NCBI RefSeq assembly: GCF_004010195.1
Contig: NC_057757.1
Span: forward strand, 4,203,111 to 4,267,110
DNA: 64,000 nucleotides
Direction: 5' to 3'
Source: Chiloscyllium plagiosum
Lineage: Eukaryota
The translations under genes and the position numbers were made by a program. A model generated the notes under the pieces. The model was not told the origin of the DNA. It ran no database searches and saw only the letters and a program-made list of their open reading frames with translations. Within the stretch, counting starts at the first letter, position 1; each line of letters starts with the position of its first letter. Below, one piece after another: positions 12,590 through 25,069 of the stretch.

Positions 12590-13345
12590 AAATGGGAGCC
12601 CATATTCCTAATTCCTCTGCCCCATCTGGATGAGGCATTCCACTCCAGGACATCCCAGACATCATCCTACTTTAGGGACCACAGTTTCCCTTCCTCAGTA
12701 ATTGAGGATGGCCTCATCCTCAGATCTCCTGCACTCTTGCCCCAAACCCTCCTACCCCCTCTGCCCACAACGACAATAAGGATTGAGAGTCCCCTTCGTC
12801 CTGTATCGGGTGGAGACCAAAGGCAGACCCGCTGAGCATCTGCACTCTGCACCAACCAACCTGACCTTCTGGTTGCCATCTGCTTTAATTCCCCCTCTTC
12901 TCCTTCTCCGGTGCCCTGTCCAGCCCACAGTCTGCTGAGCAAGGACTCTGACGCTGGAAAAAGCACAGCTGGTCAGGCAGCTTCTAAGGAGCAGGGGGAC
13001 CACCGTTTCGGGCATAAGCTCAGTGGCCTCAGCATTGACTTCAGCAGCTTCAGAATTCCCCCACCCTCCCCCTGCAGCCTAATTCCATGTCTAGCCTTCC
13101 CCCTCTTCCTTGCCTCCCTGACCTGACCTATCCTATCCTGCTCAGCTGTCCACCTTTCCCACTGCTTCCATCTACCATCATCCCATCTACCTTACTCCCA
13201 GAACAAATCCCCTCCTTCTATAGACTTCTGGGCTCCCCCTCCCCAGCCCTGATGAAGGCTTTCGGACGGTTGATCTTCCTGTTCCTTGGATGCTGTCTAA
13301 CCTGCTGTGCTCTTCCAGCCTCACATCTACTGACCCTAACTTTCA
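12590..13345 (+). mobile_element. Decayed Penelope-like element (RT C-terminus, GIY-YIG remnant, 3' end) in NAIP intron 1
   Basis: Remnants DEAFHSRTSQ..SYFRDHSFP; GAGACCAAA..GAGCATCTG (ETK..EHL, GIY-YIG-like); GLSIDFSSF C-terminus. These are followed by CTGATGAAGG and the same terminal repeat seen elsewhere in the window. Confidence 0.6.
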
Positions 13346-13779
13346 GCCCCTGCGCCCCTTCCTGTCCACTTGGGCAAGAGTGGTCTATGGTTCTCGACTT
13401 GAGCCAAAGAGGTAGTTGGGGGGAGGGAGGGGGCGAATGGCTATCTCTATTGTTGACCCCTTCCACCCCTCCCCAACCCCACATTCACTCCAGCGCGTCA
13501 GGGAGAGAGATGAATGACACTACCTTAATGTCAAACCCAACCAATGTGCTGATCCCTTGCCTCAGTGGGGTCCCAGATCGGTTCACTCTCTGTCGGTGCA
13601 CGGTCCTTCAGCTTCTCAGTCAGTTCCTCCCGTCCTTCTGCTCAAAGGGGTGATCTCTCCCTGCGGTCGACCTCCCAGAGCCAGCTATGAATATTGACGG
13701 GCAATGTGTTTTGGCCTTTCTCCGAGCGACCAGGACCGGATCTTGCTTCATCAGAGTTCAGATGATTTCTATCACTTAC

Positions 13780-13835
13780 CGTCCGACCGGCCCACTTCTT
13801 GTTGCACAACTTCCTGTGTGAATTGCGGAACACAC
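13780..13835 (-). promoter_or_regulatory. Candidate NAIP 5'UTR exon / promoter with ETS and C/EBP motifs
   Basis: Perfect donor G|GTAAGT at 13779 on the minus strand. CAGGAAGT (ETS/PU.1 core) is flanked by TTGCACAA and TTGCGGAA (C/EBP-like) within 13801-13830. Confidence 0.45.
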
Positions 13836-15896
13836 ACACACATCAACAATGTGTCTGTGTGTGGAGACAGTGAAAGAGAGAGAGAAACGGGAAGGTGGTA
13901 GAGACAGAGTGACGGGAGTGGAGAGAGACGAGGAGGGGGAGGGGAGAAGGGAAATGGGAAGAAGGGAAAGAGAGGGAAGGAGAGGATGTTTGGGGAGAAT
14001 AGGAAGAGGGTAGTGGATGGAAAGGGGAGGTTNNNNNNNNNNNNNNNNNNNNNNNNNNNNNNNNNNNNNNNNNNNNNNNNNNNNNNNNNNNNNNNNNNNN
14101 NNNNNNNNNNNNNNNNNNNNNNNNNNNNNNNNNNNNNNNNNNNNNNNNNNNNNNNNNNNNNNNNNNNNNNNNNNNNNNNNNNNNNNNNNNNNNNNNNNNN
14201 NNNNNNNNNNNNNNNNNNNNNNNNNNNNNNNNNNNNNNNNNNNNNNNNNNNNNNNNNNNNNNNNNNNNNNNNNNNNNNNNNNNNNNNNNNNNNNNNNNNN
14301 NNNNNNNNNNNNNNNNNNNNNNNNNNNNNNNNNNNNNNNNNNNNNNNNNNNNNNNNNNNNNNNNNNNNNNNNNNNNNNNNNNNNNNNNNNNNNNNNNNNN
14401 NNNNNNNNNNNNNNNNNNNNNNNNNNNNNNNNNNNNNNNNNNNNNNNNNNNNNNNNNNNNNNNNNNNNNNNNNNNNNNNNNNNNNNNNNNNNNNNNNNNN
14501 NNNNNNNNNNNNNNNNNNNNNNNNNNNNNNNNNNNNNNNNNNNNNNNNNNNNNNNNNNNNNNNNNNNNNNNNNNNNNNNNNNNNNNNNNNNNNNNNNNNN
14601 NNNNNNNNNNNNNNNNNNNNNNNNNNNNNNNNNNNNNNNNNNNNNNNNNNNNNNNNNNNNNNNNNNNNNNNNNNNNNNNNNNNNNNNNNNNNNNNNNNNN
14701 NNNNNNNNNNNNNNNNNNNNNNNNNNNNNNNNNNNNNNNNNNNNNNNNNNNNNNNNNNGGGGAGAGGAGCAGGGAATGGGGAGGGGAAAGAGGAAAGCGG
14801 AGGTGCACGGTGAAAATGAAGTGAGGGGGAGGGAGGGGTTAGGGAGAAGGTACAGAGAGGGAGGAGGGGGAGAGAGTAACTGAAGGAGAGAGGAGAAAGG
14901 GGGGATTGCGTACATTGACAGGAAATCATGTGAGTTCAGTGAAATGCCTGGCTCATGCCCAGGGCAGCCATTTTAATAACCTTTTATGATCCAGTTGCGA
15001 TGACGATCAGATTAAAATAAGCCTTGCTAGCACAGAATATTGTTACAGAAACGCTCTAAAATGATCAAAGGTTTGGGGCAATTCTGGATGCTTCAGGACC
15101 TATTCATTGCAAACTTCCAGCCTGTTTAAGGAAACCTATTCTGCTTTTTGCAGTCTCATCTGAACTTTAAATCCTCAATCGGGGAACAAGCCCTGAGAAT
15201 TGGTTGATGCAGTTTCACTTCCTAATTTGACGGGGTTGCTCCATGCAATAAAGTTGAAAATAGTTGTTTCAGTGTCCTTGAGATTGTTTAATAAGTTAAA
15301 GTTAGCTTCTGGTAACTTAGGCCACAATAGCAAGAAAGTGGAGTTGAGGGTGATCAGATCAGCCATGATCTCATTGCGGGGCAGAGCAGATTGGATGGGC
15401 TGAATGGCCTACTCCTACATCTTATGGTCATTAATCGGGAAAGAGCTGATTGAGAAACTCAGAGAATTCCTGTAATTAAGAGCCTGACTGGATGCCTCGG
15501 TCCCAGAGTTGGGCTCCACACTTTAAGGAAAGGGACTGAGGAGAGGGAGTGAATTCAGGGATAGTGAATGGCAATGGGCTCAGGAATGCAGGACCTCAAT
15601 TCCACAAAGAGCCTGGAGAAGTGAGGATCACCCAGAATCCAGCACCTTCAGTGAATGCATGAAATCAGGACGACTTGGTAAGCTGACGAGAAATTGATGA
15701 CCTGAGAGCTAATGAATTATTGGACTCTGCCGTGAAACTTATACACCAACTTATAGTGATGCTGTAGAACAGAGGGACCTAGGGGTTCAAGTACATAACT
15801 TCTTGAAGCTTACGTCCCATGTAGACAGGGTGGTGAAAAAGGCATTTAGCCCGGTTGCCTTCATTGCTCAGTCCTTTGAGTATAGGTGTTGAGAAG

Positions 15897-16081
15897 GAGA
15901 AAGTGAGGACTGCAGATGCTGGAGATCTGAGTTGACAATGTGGTGCTGGAAAAGCACAGCAGGTCAGGCAGCATCTGAGGAACAAGAGAATCGATGTTTC
16001 GTGCATAAGCCCTTAGTCCAAAATATCGAGTCTCCTGCTGCCTGACCTGCTGTGCTTTTCCAGCACCACACTCTCAACATG
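15897..16081. mobile_element. Fold-back Penelope-end insertion with target-site duplication, inside a CR1 fragment
   Basis: Inverted arms GTGGTGCTGGAAAAGCACAGCAGGTCAGGCAGCA / TGCTGCCTGACCTGCTGTGCTTTTCCAGCACCAC. Direct repeat GGTGTTGAGAAG at 15885-15896 and 16082-16093. Confidence 0.7.
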
Positions 16082-17649
16082 GGTGTTGAGAAGTCAGGTT
16101 GAGATTGTACAGGACATTGGTGAGGCTTCTTCTGGAGTAAGATTAAAACTCACACAACACCAGGTTATAGATCAATAGGTTTGATGAAGAAAAGGCGCTC
16201 CAAAAGCTCAAGCCTCCAAATAAACCTGTTGGACTATAACCTGGTGTTGTATGATTTTTAACTTTGTATACCCCAGTTCAACACTGGCATCTCCAAATCA
16301 TGACATTTTCTGGAATACAGCGTCCAGTTGTAGTACCAAGTGAAAGGAATGATGTTATTAAGCTGGAGAGGGTTCAGCAGAGATTTATCAGGATGGAAGG
16401 TTTGAATTATAAAGAAAGGCTGGAACCTTTTTCACTGGAGATTGAGAGGTGACCCTATCAAGGTTTAAAATCTCATGAGGGGTCTAGATAAGGATAGTGG
16501 TTGGTGTCTTTTCCCTAAGGTGGGGGATTTCAAGACTGGGGGCAGAATGTGAGAGCAGAGATTTTAAAAAGACATGAGGGGCAAACTTTTTTACACAGAG
16601 GATGGTTCACACGTGGAATGAATTTCCTGAGGAAGAGGTGGATGCAGGCACAGTTACAATATTTAAAAGACATTTGGATAAGAGCATAAACTGGAAAGGT
16701 TTGGAGGGATATGGGTCAGGAGCAGGCAGGTGGGACTAATTTAGTTTGGGATAATGTTCGACATGGACTGGTTGGACTGAGGGGTCTGTTTCTGTGCCCT
16801 TTGACTCTATGACTCTATGACAATTACATCTCAATTCCTATGTTGCCCCAATGGGCACAAAGTGCTGGGATGGTAATATCCCAGCTGGCTCATCCAGTGG
16901 GACCACACTGATAATGTAAGGCATTGGTTCAAATCCCATCATTGCACTCAAAATGGGATTTTAAGACAATGAATAAACCTGGAGTTGAAAACTGGGATTG
17001 GTAACGGTGACTATGACAACAGTTATTACTCACTGTAAAACTGCACCAGGCACACTCAGAGGGAAGTGAAGTTTGCTATTGTTATAAAGTCTGGCTTGTG
17101 TGTAACTCTAGGAGTAAGATACAAGAGAAGTGGACCATTCAGCCCATCGACACTGCAGCGCCATCCAATGAGATGGCACCGGACCTTACAAACCTTCACT
17201 CCCATGCTGGGTTCCTTGTCGTCGACTCTGCACTGAAAAAGCACCAGCAAGCCACTCAGTTCAAGGGAAAATTAGGGATGGGTAACACCCTCTGGCCTCG
17301 CCAGGCGACGCCCCATCCCATGAACTATCACCAACCTGGGTTGTAAGGTCCCCTTGTAAGGTCAGGTATCCACATGTGCCCTCCAGGAGTCCACTCTCTG
17401 TGAACTTGCAGATATCTGACTCTCTGCTGCTCCTGTCTGGGAGCCTGGGTACAAATCCCAAACCGAACATTAACTTTTCTCTGAATAAAAAATGATTGAC
17501 CAGATCTCAGTTTGTTACAGCCTGTGAACTTGCCCAAACACAGCCCTTTCTTGTGAAGGCACTGCTCCAATCAAACACACTGCACTGACAAACCACAAAT
17601 ACCTGCAGCAGCTTAACCTGCAGTTTCTATTTGAAAAATGTCTTTCTAG

Positions 17650-20255
17650 TCAAAGAGATGTACAGCATGGAAACAGACCCTTCTGTCCAACCTGTCCATG
17701 GCAACTAGATATCCCAACCCAATCTAGTCCCACCTGCCAGCACCCGGCCCATATCCCTCCAAACCCTTCCTATTCATATACCCATCCAAATACCACTTAA
17801 ATGTTGCAATTGTGCCAGCCTCCACCACTTCATCTGGCAGCTCATTCCATACACGTACCATCCTGTAGGTAAAAAAAGTTGCACCAGCCCCAGGGAAAAG
17901 ACTTTGTCTATTTACCCTGTCCATGCCCCTCATAATTTTGTAAACCTCTATAAGGTCACCCCTCAGTCTCCAACACTCCAGGGAAAACAGCCCCAGCCTG
18001 TCCCTACAGCTCAAATCCTCCAACCCTGGCAACATTCTTGTAAATCTTTTCTGAACCCTTTCAAGTTTCACAACATCTTTCTAAAAGGAAGGAGACCAGA
18101 ATTGCACGCAATTTTCCAACAGTGGCTTAACCAATGTCCTGTATAACTGCAACATGACTTCCCAACTCCTGTACTCAATACTCTGACCAATAAAAGAAAG
18201 CAGACCAAACACCTTCTTCACTGTCCTAACTACCTGCGACTTCACTTTCAAGGAGCTATGAACCTGCACTCCAATGTCTCTTTGTTCAGCAACACTCCCT
18301 AGGACCTTACCATTAAGTAGATAAGTCCTACCCTGATTTGCTTTCCCAAAATGCAGCCCCTCACATTTATCTAAATTAAACTCCATCTGCCACTTCTCAG
18401 CCCATTGGCCCATCTGGTCCAGATCCTGTTGTAATCTGAGGTCACCCTCTTCGCTGTCCACTACACCTCCAATTTTGGTGTCATCTGCAAACTTACTAAC
18501 TGTACCTCTTATGCTCACATCCAAATCATTTATGTAAATGACAAAAAGTAGAGGACCAGCACCGATCCTTGTGGCACTCCACTGTTCACAGGCCTCCAGT
18601 GTGAAAAACAACCCTCCACCATCACCCTCTGTTTTCTACCTCTGAGCCAGTTCTGTATCCAAATGGTTACTTCTCCCTGTCTTCCATGAGATCTAATCTT
18701 GCTAATCAGTCTCCCATGGGGAACCTTGTCAAATGCCTTAATGAAGTCCGTATAGATCACATCTACTGCTCTGCCCTCATCAATACTCTTTGTTACTTTT
18801 TCAAACAACTCAATCAAGTTTGTGAGACATGATTTCCCATGCACAAAGCCATGTTGACTATCCCTAATCCGTCCTTGTCTTTCCAAATACATGTACATCC
18901 TGTCCCTCAGGATTCCCTCCAACAACTTGCCCACCACTGACATCAGGCTCACTGATCAATAGTTCCCTGGCTTGTCCTTACCACCCTTCTTAAACAGTGG
19001 CACAATGCTAGCCAACCTCCAGTCTTTTGGCACCTCACCTGTGACTATCGATGATGCAAATATCTCAGCAAGAGGCCCAGCAATCACTTCTCTAGCTTCC
19101 CACAGAGTTCAAGGGTACACCTGATCAGGTCACGGGGATTTATCCACCTTTACCCGTTTCAAGATATCCAGCACTTCCTCCTCTGTAATCTGGACATTTT
19201 GCAAGATATCACCATCTATTTCCCTACAGTCTACATCTTCCATATTCTTTTCTACAATAAATACTGATGCAAAATACTCGTTTAGTATCTCCCCCATTTT
19301 CTGTGGCTCCACACAAAGGCCACCTTGCTGATCTTTGAGGGGTCCTATTCTCTCCCTCGTTACCTTTTTGTCCTTAATGTATTTGTAAAAACCGTTTGGA
19401 TTTGCCTTAATTCTATTTGCCAAAGCTATCTCATGTCCCTTTTTGCCCTCCTGATTTCCCTCTTAAGTATACCCATACTTCCTTTATACTCTTTCTAAAG
19501 ATTCACTCGATCTATCCTGTCTATACCTGACATATGCATTCTTCTTTTTATTAACTAAACCCTCAATTTTTTTCATCATCCAGCATTCCCGATACCTACC
19601 AGCCTTTCCTTTCACCCAAACAGGAATATACTTTCTCTGGATTTTCATTTCTGAAGGCTTCCGATTTTTCAGCCGTCCCTTTACCTGCGAACATCTGCCT
19701 CCAATCAGCTTTCGAAAGTTCTTGCCTAATACCGTCAAAATTGACCTTTCTCCAATTTAGAACTTCAACTTTTATATCTGGTCTATCCTTTTCCATCACT
19801 ATTTAAAATCTAATAGAATTATGGTTGCTGGCCCCAAAGTGCTCCCCCACTGACACCTCAGTCACCTACCCTGCCTTATTTCCCAAGAGAAGGTTAGGTT
19901 TTGCACCTTCTCTAGTAGGTACATCCACATATTGAATCAGAAAATTTTCTTGTACACACTTTGCAAATTCCTCTCCATCTAAACCTTTAACACTATGGCA
20001 GTCTCAGTCTATGTTTGGAAAGTTAAAATCCCCTACCATAACCACCCTATTATTCTTACAGATAGCTGAGATCTGCTTACAAGTTTGTTTCTCAATTTCC
20101 CTCTGACGATTTGGGGATCTATAATACAATCCCACTAAGGTTTCTTATTTCTTTTTTATTTCTCAGTTCCACCCAAATAACTTCTGTGGATGTATTTCCA
20201 GGAATATCCTCCCTCAGCACAGCTGTAATGCTATCCCTTACCAAGAACGCCACTT
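17650..20255 (-). mobile_element. CR1/HER1-type LINE, ~2.6 kb 5'-truncated, frameshifted ORF2 (reverse transcriptase)
   Basis: Overlapping ORFs with QHGFVHGKSCLTNL, DFIKAFDKVPH, SGVPQGSVL, KFADDTK, LGLFSLE; intact 3'UTR at ~17650. Confidence 0.92.
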
Positions 20256-20495
20256 GAGACACAGCACAGACCTCACTGGGTATGGAGGATGAATGCAGTT
20301 GTCAAAGCAGCTGGGAGGAAGTGAAATGCTGTATGTATCTGCCTGTGATGACTCAAAAGAGAAAAGTCTGCCTCTTTCACAAGTGAAGTCAAGAGGAGTG
20401 TCACAGCTCCTTTCCAGAGATACCATCCATTCACAGTGAATGAGGGAGTGCCCCAGGCAAGAGGGAACATGTACAAAAGCATACGTTATTGTAAA

Positions 20496-20568
20496 GTTTC
20501 CATAGTGTAGTGGTTATCACGTTCGCCTCACACGCGAAAGGTCCCCAGTTCGATCCTGGGTGGGAACA
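20496..20568 (+). tRNA. tRNA-Val(CAC)
   Basis: 73-nt cloverleaf GTTTCCATAGTGTAGTGGTTATCACGTTCGCCT-CAC-ACGCGAAAGGTCCCCAGTTCGATCCTGGGTGGGAACA. Stems pair, A and B boxes are present, and a T5 terminator lies at 20579-20583. Confidence 0.88.
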
Positions 20569-22792
20569 TTATGCTGCCTTTTTAATATCTTTCTTCTCCC
20601 TCAGGGAACTGACCCAAACTCTCACACCTCATTCTGTTTTGTCCCGACTGTTCCATCCAGAACTGGGACAGTGCAAGGTGTCAAAGGAGAGAAGAGCTGT
20701 GGATGACCTCTCACGGGAAGCTGAGGATTGATTCCTGAGAGCAGGAGATGTGGAGATAGGGTCAGTGAGAGGTCAGGGGAGATTGCAGAGTGGGACAGAG
20801 AGCTGATGGAAAGAGGGTGTGTGTTTCAAAAGACGTCAGTCACCCAACATGGGCCTTGGAGCCACATTGCTGAGATCATGGCTCTCTCACATTGTCACCA
20901 ACTGAGCCAACCAGAGATGATGCTGGGTGCGACCTCATCAGTTGCTGTCGTGATGTAGTCCCAGTGATTTCCCCAGCGATCATTTCGAGTTTTAAAAAAA
21001 TGTTGGTAATCTCCAGTTCAAGCCCAGAGTGCTGGCAATGCTGTAATAGAATCAACTCATTGATCCCGACCCCCCTCCAAATGAGGTCTTTGCACTCTCC
21101 ATTGGGAGGGGAGCTCCTTGTATTTATAGATGAGACCATTCCGCCCGTTTAATCTGTGCTGGCGGAGGGGGGGGGGGGGGGAGGGGTTCTCGCTGAAAGG
21201 ATAGATATGTGAGAACGGACAGCAACATAAGCCATTGGGAGGTGTGTAAAGGCAGTGCTGATTGAGTAAGAAGCCCCGTCTGTGTGTGTATCTGTGTGTG
21301 TCGAGGGGTGGGGTAGAGGACTGTGTGAGTGAGCCGGCCCCCCCAGAGTGTCCTGGATGGGAAAGGCACTTTGTTCAAGCGTCCAGGGCCGCTGCCGCGA
21401 GATTTGATGGAAGAGACGGTGGTTTCCAAAGGGCACACAGAGGCAAAAAATAATTGTTTGAGAATCTTGTGCCCCGGGGCTGACAAAGCAACAGGCTGTA
21501 AAATGCATGACAGAGAGAAAATTTGATAGACATGCGTGAATAGATGCCTGAAACGTCGATTTTTCCTGCTCCTTGGATGCTGTCTGACCGGCTGTGCTTT
21601 TCCAGCACCACTCTATTCTCCAGCATATACAGTACCCATTTTGCCATGTATGAAGAAATGTTGGCTGGATTAGGGTATTTGTAAAATCCCTTTGGATTCT
21701 CCTTAATTCTATTTGCTTAAGCAATCTCATACCCCCTTTTTGCCCTCCTGATTTCCCTCTTAAGTATACTCCTACTTCCTTTATACTCTTCTAAAGATTC
21801 ACTCGATCGATCCTGTCTATACCTGACATATGCTTCCTTCTTTTTCTTAACTAAACCCTCAATTTCTTTAGTCATCCCAGCATTCCCTATACCTACCAGC
21901 CTTTCCTTTCACCCAAACAGGAGTATATTTTCTCTGGATTTTTATTTCTGAATGCTTCCCATTTTTCAGCCGTCCCTTCACCTGCGAACGTCTGCCCCCA
22001 ATCAGCTTTCGAAAGTTCTTGCCTAATACCGTCAAAATTGGCCTTTCTCCAATTTAGAACTTCAACTTTTAGATCTGGTCTATCCTTTTCCATCACTATT
22101 TTAAATCTAATAGAATTATGGTCTCTGGCCCCAAAGTGCTCCCCCACTGACACCTCAGTCACCTACCCTGCCTTATTTCCCAAGAGAAGGTTAGGTTTTG
22201 CACCTTCTCTAGTAGGTACATCCACATATTGAATCAGAAAATTTTCTTGTACACACTTTGCAAATTCCTCTCCATCTAAACCTTTAACACTATGGCAGTC
22301 TCAGTCTATGTTTGGAAAGTTAAAATCCCCTACCATAACCACCCTATTATTCTTACAGATAGCTGAGATCTGCTTACAAGTTTGTTTCTCAATTTCCCTC
22401 TGACGATTTGGGGATCTATAATACAATCCCACTAAGGTTTCTTATTTCTTTTTTATTTCTCAGTTCCACCCAAATAACTTCTGTGGATGTATTTCCAGGA
22501 ATATCCTCCCTCAGCACAGCTGTAATGCTATCCCTTACCAAGAACGCCACTTGAGACACAGCACAGACCTCACTGGGTATGGAGGATGAATGCAGTTGTC
22601 AAAGCAGCTGGGAGGAAGTGAAATGCTGTATGTATCTGCCTGTGATGACTCAAAAGAGAAAAGTCTGCCTCTTTCACGAGTGAAGTCAAGAGGAGTGTCA
22701 CAGCTCCTTTCCAGAGATACCATCCATTCACAGTGAATGAGGGAGTGCCCCAGGCAAGAGGGAACATGTACAAAAGCGTACGTTATTGTAAA

Positions 22793-22865
22793 GTTTCCAT
22801 AGTGTAGTGGTTATCACGTTCGCCTCACACGCGAAAGGTCCCCAGTTCGATCCTGGGTGGGAACA
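22793..22865 (+). tRNA. tRNA-Val(CAC), duplicate
   Basis: Same sequence as 20496-20568, 2297 bp downstream. Confidence 0.88.
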
Positions 22866-23302
22866 TTATGCTGCCTTTTTAATATCTTTCTTCTCCCTCA
22901 GGGAACTGACCCAAACTCTCACACCTCATTCTGTTTTGTCCCGACTGTTCCATCCAGAACTGGGACAGTGCAAGGTGTCAAAGGAGAGAAGAGCTGTGGA
23001 TGACCTCTCACGGGAAGATGAGGATTGATTCCTGAGAGCAGGAGACGTGGGGATAGGGTCAGTGAGAGGTCAGGGTAGATTGCAGAGCGGGTCAGAGAGC
23101 TGATGGAAAGAGGGTGTGTGTTTCAAAAGACGTCAGTCACCCAACATGGGCCTTGGAGCCACATTGCTGAGATCCAGGCTCTCTCACATTGTCACCAACT
23201 GAGCCAACCAGAGATGATGCTGGGTGCTACCTCATCAGTTGTTGTAGTGAGGTAGTTCCCAGTGATTTCCCTAGCGATCATTTCGGGTTTTTAAAAAATG
23301 TT

Positions 23303-23360
23303 GGTCTTAGGCGCTGCGTTGAGGTTGTAGTTCCTGTGGGTTCGAGTCCCACTTCTGACA
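23303..23360 (+). pseudogene. tRNA-Leu(CAG)-derived pseudogene, 5'-truncated
   Basis: GGTCTTAGGCGCTGCGTTGAGGTTGTAGT..TGTGGGTTCGAGTCCCACTTCTGACA resembles the 3' two-thirds of Leu-CAG; the 5' acceptor strand and most of the variable arm are missing. Confidence 0.7.
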
Positions 23361-23599
23361 GTCATATTTTACTTTGAAGTCATGAATGCAGCATCCCTTC
23401 AAAGCTTTTTGTTCAGTACTTCCAAATAAACCTGTTTGACTTTCACCTAGTGTGGTGTGACGTTTAACTTTGCACTCCATTAGACTGCAGGGAAAATTGA
23501 GCCCCTTGATTCACTCAGAGCAGTTAACGATCAGGGAGAGTGACCAAATTGGTGCGTGCTGTTGTTAAGGTGCGTCTTTTTAGAATAAAATAAACACAA

Positions 23600-23672
23600 C
23601 GCCCAACGTGGGGCTCGAACCCACGACCCTGAGATTAAGAGTCTCATGCTCTACCGACTGAGCTAGCCGGGC
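23600..23672 (-). tRNA. tRNA-Lys(CTT)
   Basis: GCCCGGCTAGCTCAGTCGGTAGAGCATGAGACT-CTT-AATCTCAGGGTCGTGGGTTCGAGCCCCACGTTGGGCG is the canonical vertebrate sequence; T-run downstream. Confidence 0.96.
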
Positions 23673-24009
23673 TTCACAGTACGCTGTAGCTACTGCCTTA
23701 TCCCTTGTTGTAGTCAATTTGTTTCGCTTTTTTATTCCAAATCAGTGACTTCTTCTCCCTCTGTTTTAAATGTAAAATTGCAGCTACTGCTGCTGGGAAT
23801 CGGAAATTAAAACCAACATAATTTACAACCCACAGTTTGGATTGGACAAAACTCATCCAGGCTCCTCCTCCTCCTCCTGCTGCTGCTGTCGGGGGAACCT
23901 GCAATAACCTCCCTCCCACACACACTGCAAACACTCACAACCTGCAGCTTTCACATCCAGCTCTCAGCGGGAGATACACATACAGAGAGAGAGAGAGAAC
24001 TTACGCACA

Positions 24010-24280
24010 ATTCTCCCTACCTCTGTCACCTTCTCCAGCCACTACACCTCTCCCTACCTCTGTCACCTCCTCCAGCCCCTACACTCCTCCCTATCATTAT
24101 AACCTCATCCAGCCCCTACATCCCTCCCTATCTCTGTCATGGCTCCAGTCCTGACACCCCTCCCTATCTCTGTCACCGTCTCCAGCCTCAACACCCCTCC
24201 CTATCTCTGTCACCGTCTCCAGCCTCTACACGTCTCCCTATCTCTGTAACCTCCTCCAGCCCCTACACCCCCTATGTCTG
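24010..24280. repeat. Minisatellite, ~36-bp unit (ctccctatctctgtcacctcctccagcccctaca)
   Basis: About 7 imperfect tandem copies. Confidence 0.75.
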
Positions 24281-25069
24281 CCTCCATCTCCCACCAATCC
24301 TTGATTTCTGCACCCCTCCAATTCTGGTTCATTTATCTATCACTCTTTGAATCACAGAAGTCAACAGCACAGAAAACGGCCATTCAGCATTTTCAATTTA
24401 TGCTGGTCCAAAACAACCACTCAAACGTTTGTCGGAGAAATTAGCCCAATACAGCAGAGATCACAAAACACAGATTGAAGTAAAATGAACAAACATTTTC
24501 TTAGCACGACGATATCATGAAAGAGAAATTGGCTAAGTTGAAGCAGCACAGTCTGTCTGGGTAGCAGAAACTCTCTTCCTTGAGCTGAAAATGTTCCCAC
24601 AACTTTCTAACCCCAATTTCCCTCACCTCTTTTGATCTGTCTACCTGCCTGCCTGTCTGCCTGCCTACCTATCAATCTACCTATCTATCTGTCTGTCCAT
24701 CTCTGTAAATGTATATCTATCTGTCTATGCTTTGCTGAACTATTTGACATAATATGTCTCCAGGATGTGGCATTGCATGCTAGTCTGGTGACATGCCCCT
24801 GTCATTCGTGATACTCGTGTTATTTCCTGTGATGTAAAGATGAGATCACTTTGTACTGAATTATGCAGCAAACTCCCACCTCGGGCAACTGTCTGTGTGG
24901 AGTTTGCACAATCTCCCCGTGTCTGGGTGGGTTTCCTCCGGGTGCTCCGGTTTCCTCCCACCATCCAAAAGATGTGCTGGCCAAGTGAATTGGCCATGCT
25001 AAATTGTCCATAGTGTTAGGTGCATTAGTCAGGGGTAAATATTTGGTAGGGGAATGGGTCTGGGCAGGT

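Larger units (their letters stand above)
19380..23305. repeat. Local segmental duplication, ~1.6 kb (19380-21007 vs 21676-23305), carrying a CR1 piece plus tRNA-Val
   Basis: Near-identical sequence at offset ~2297, with duplicated ORF-track peptides (MVSLERSCDTPLDF, MVITFASHAKG). Confidence 0.9.

Noticed and set aside
13772..14929. Long ORFs spanning N-runs (also 33936-34947 and 44973-46397)
   Set aside because: Artefacts of assembly gaps plus low-complexity flanks
21010..21485. Possible solo LTR (TATA on minus strand, TG start)
   Set aside because: No matching TSD or clear terminal inverted dinucleotides could be placed
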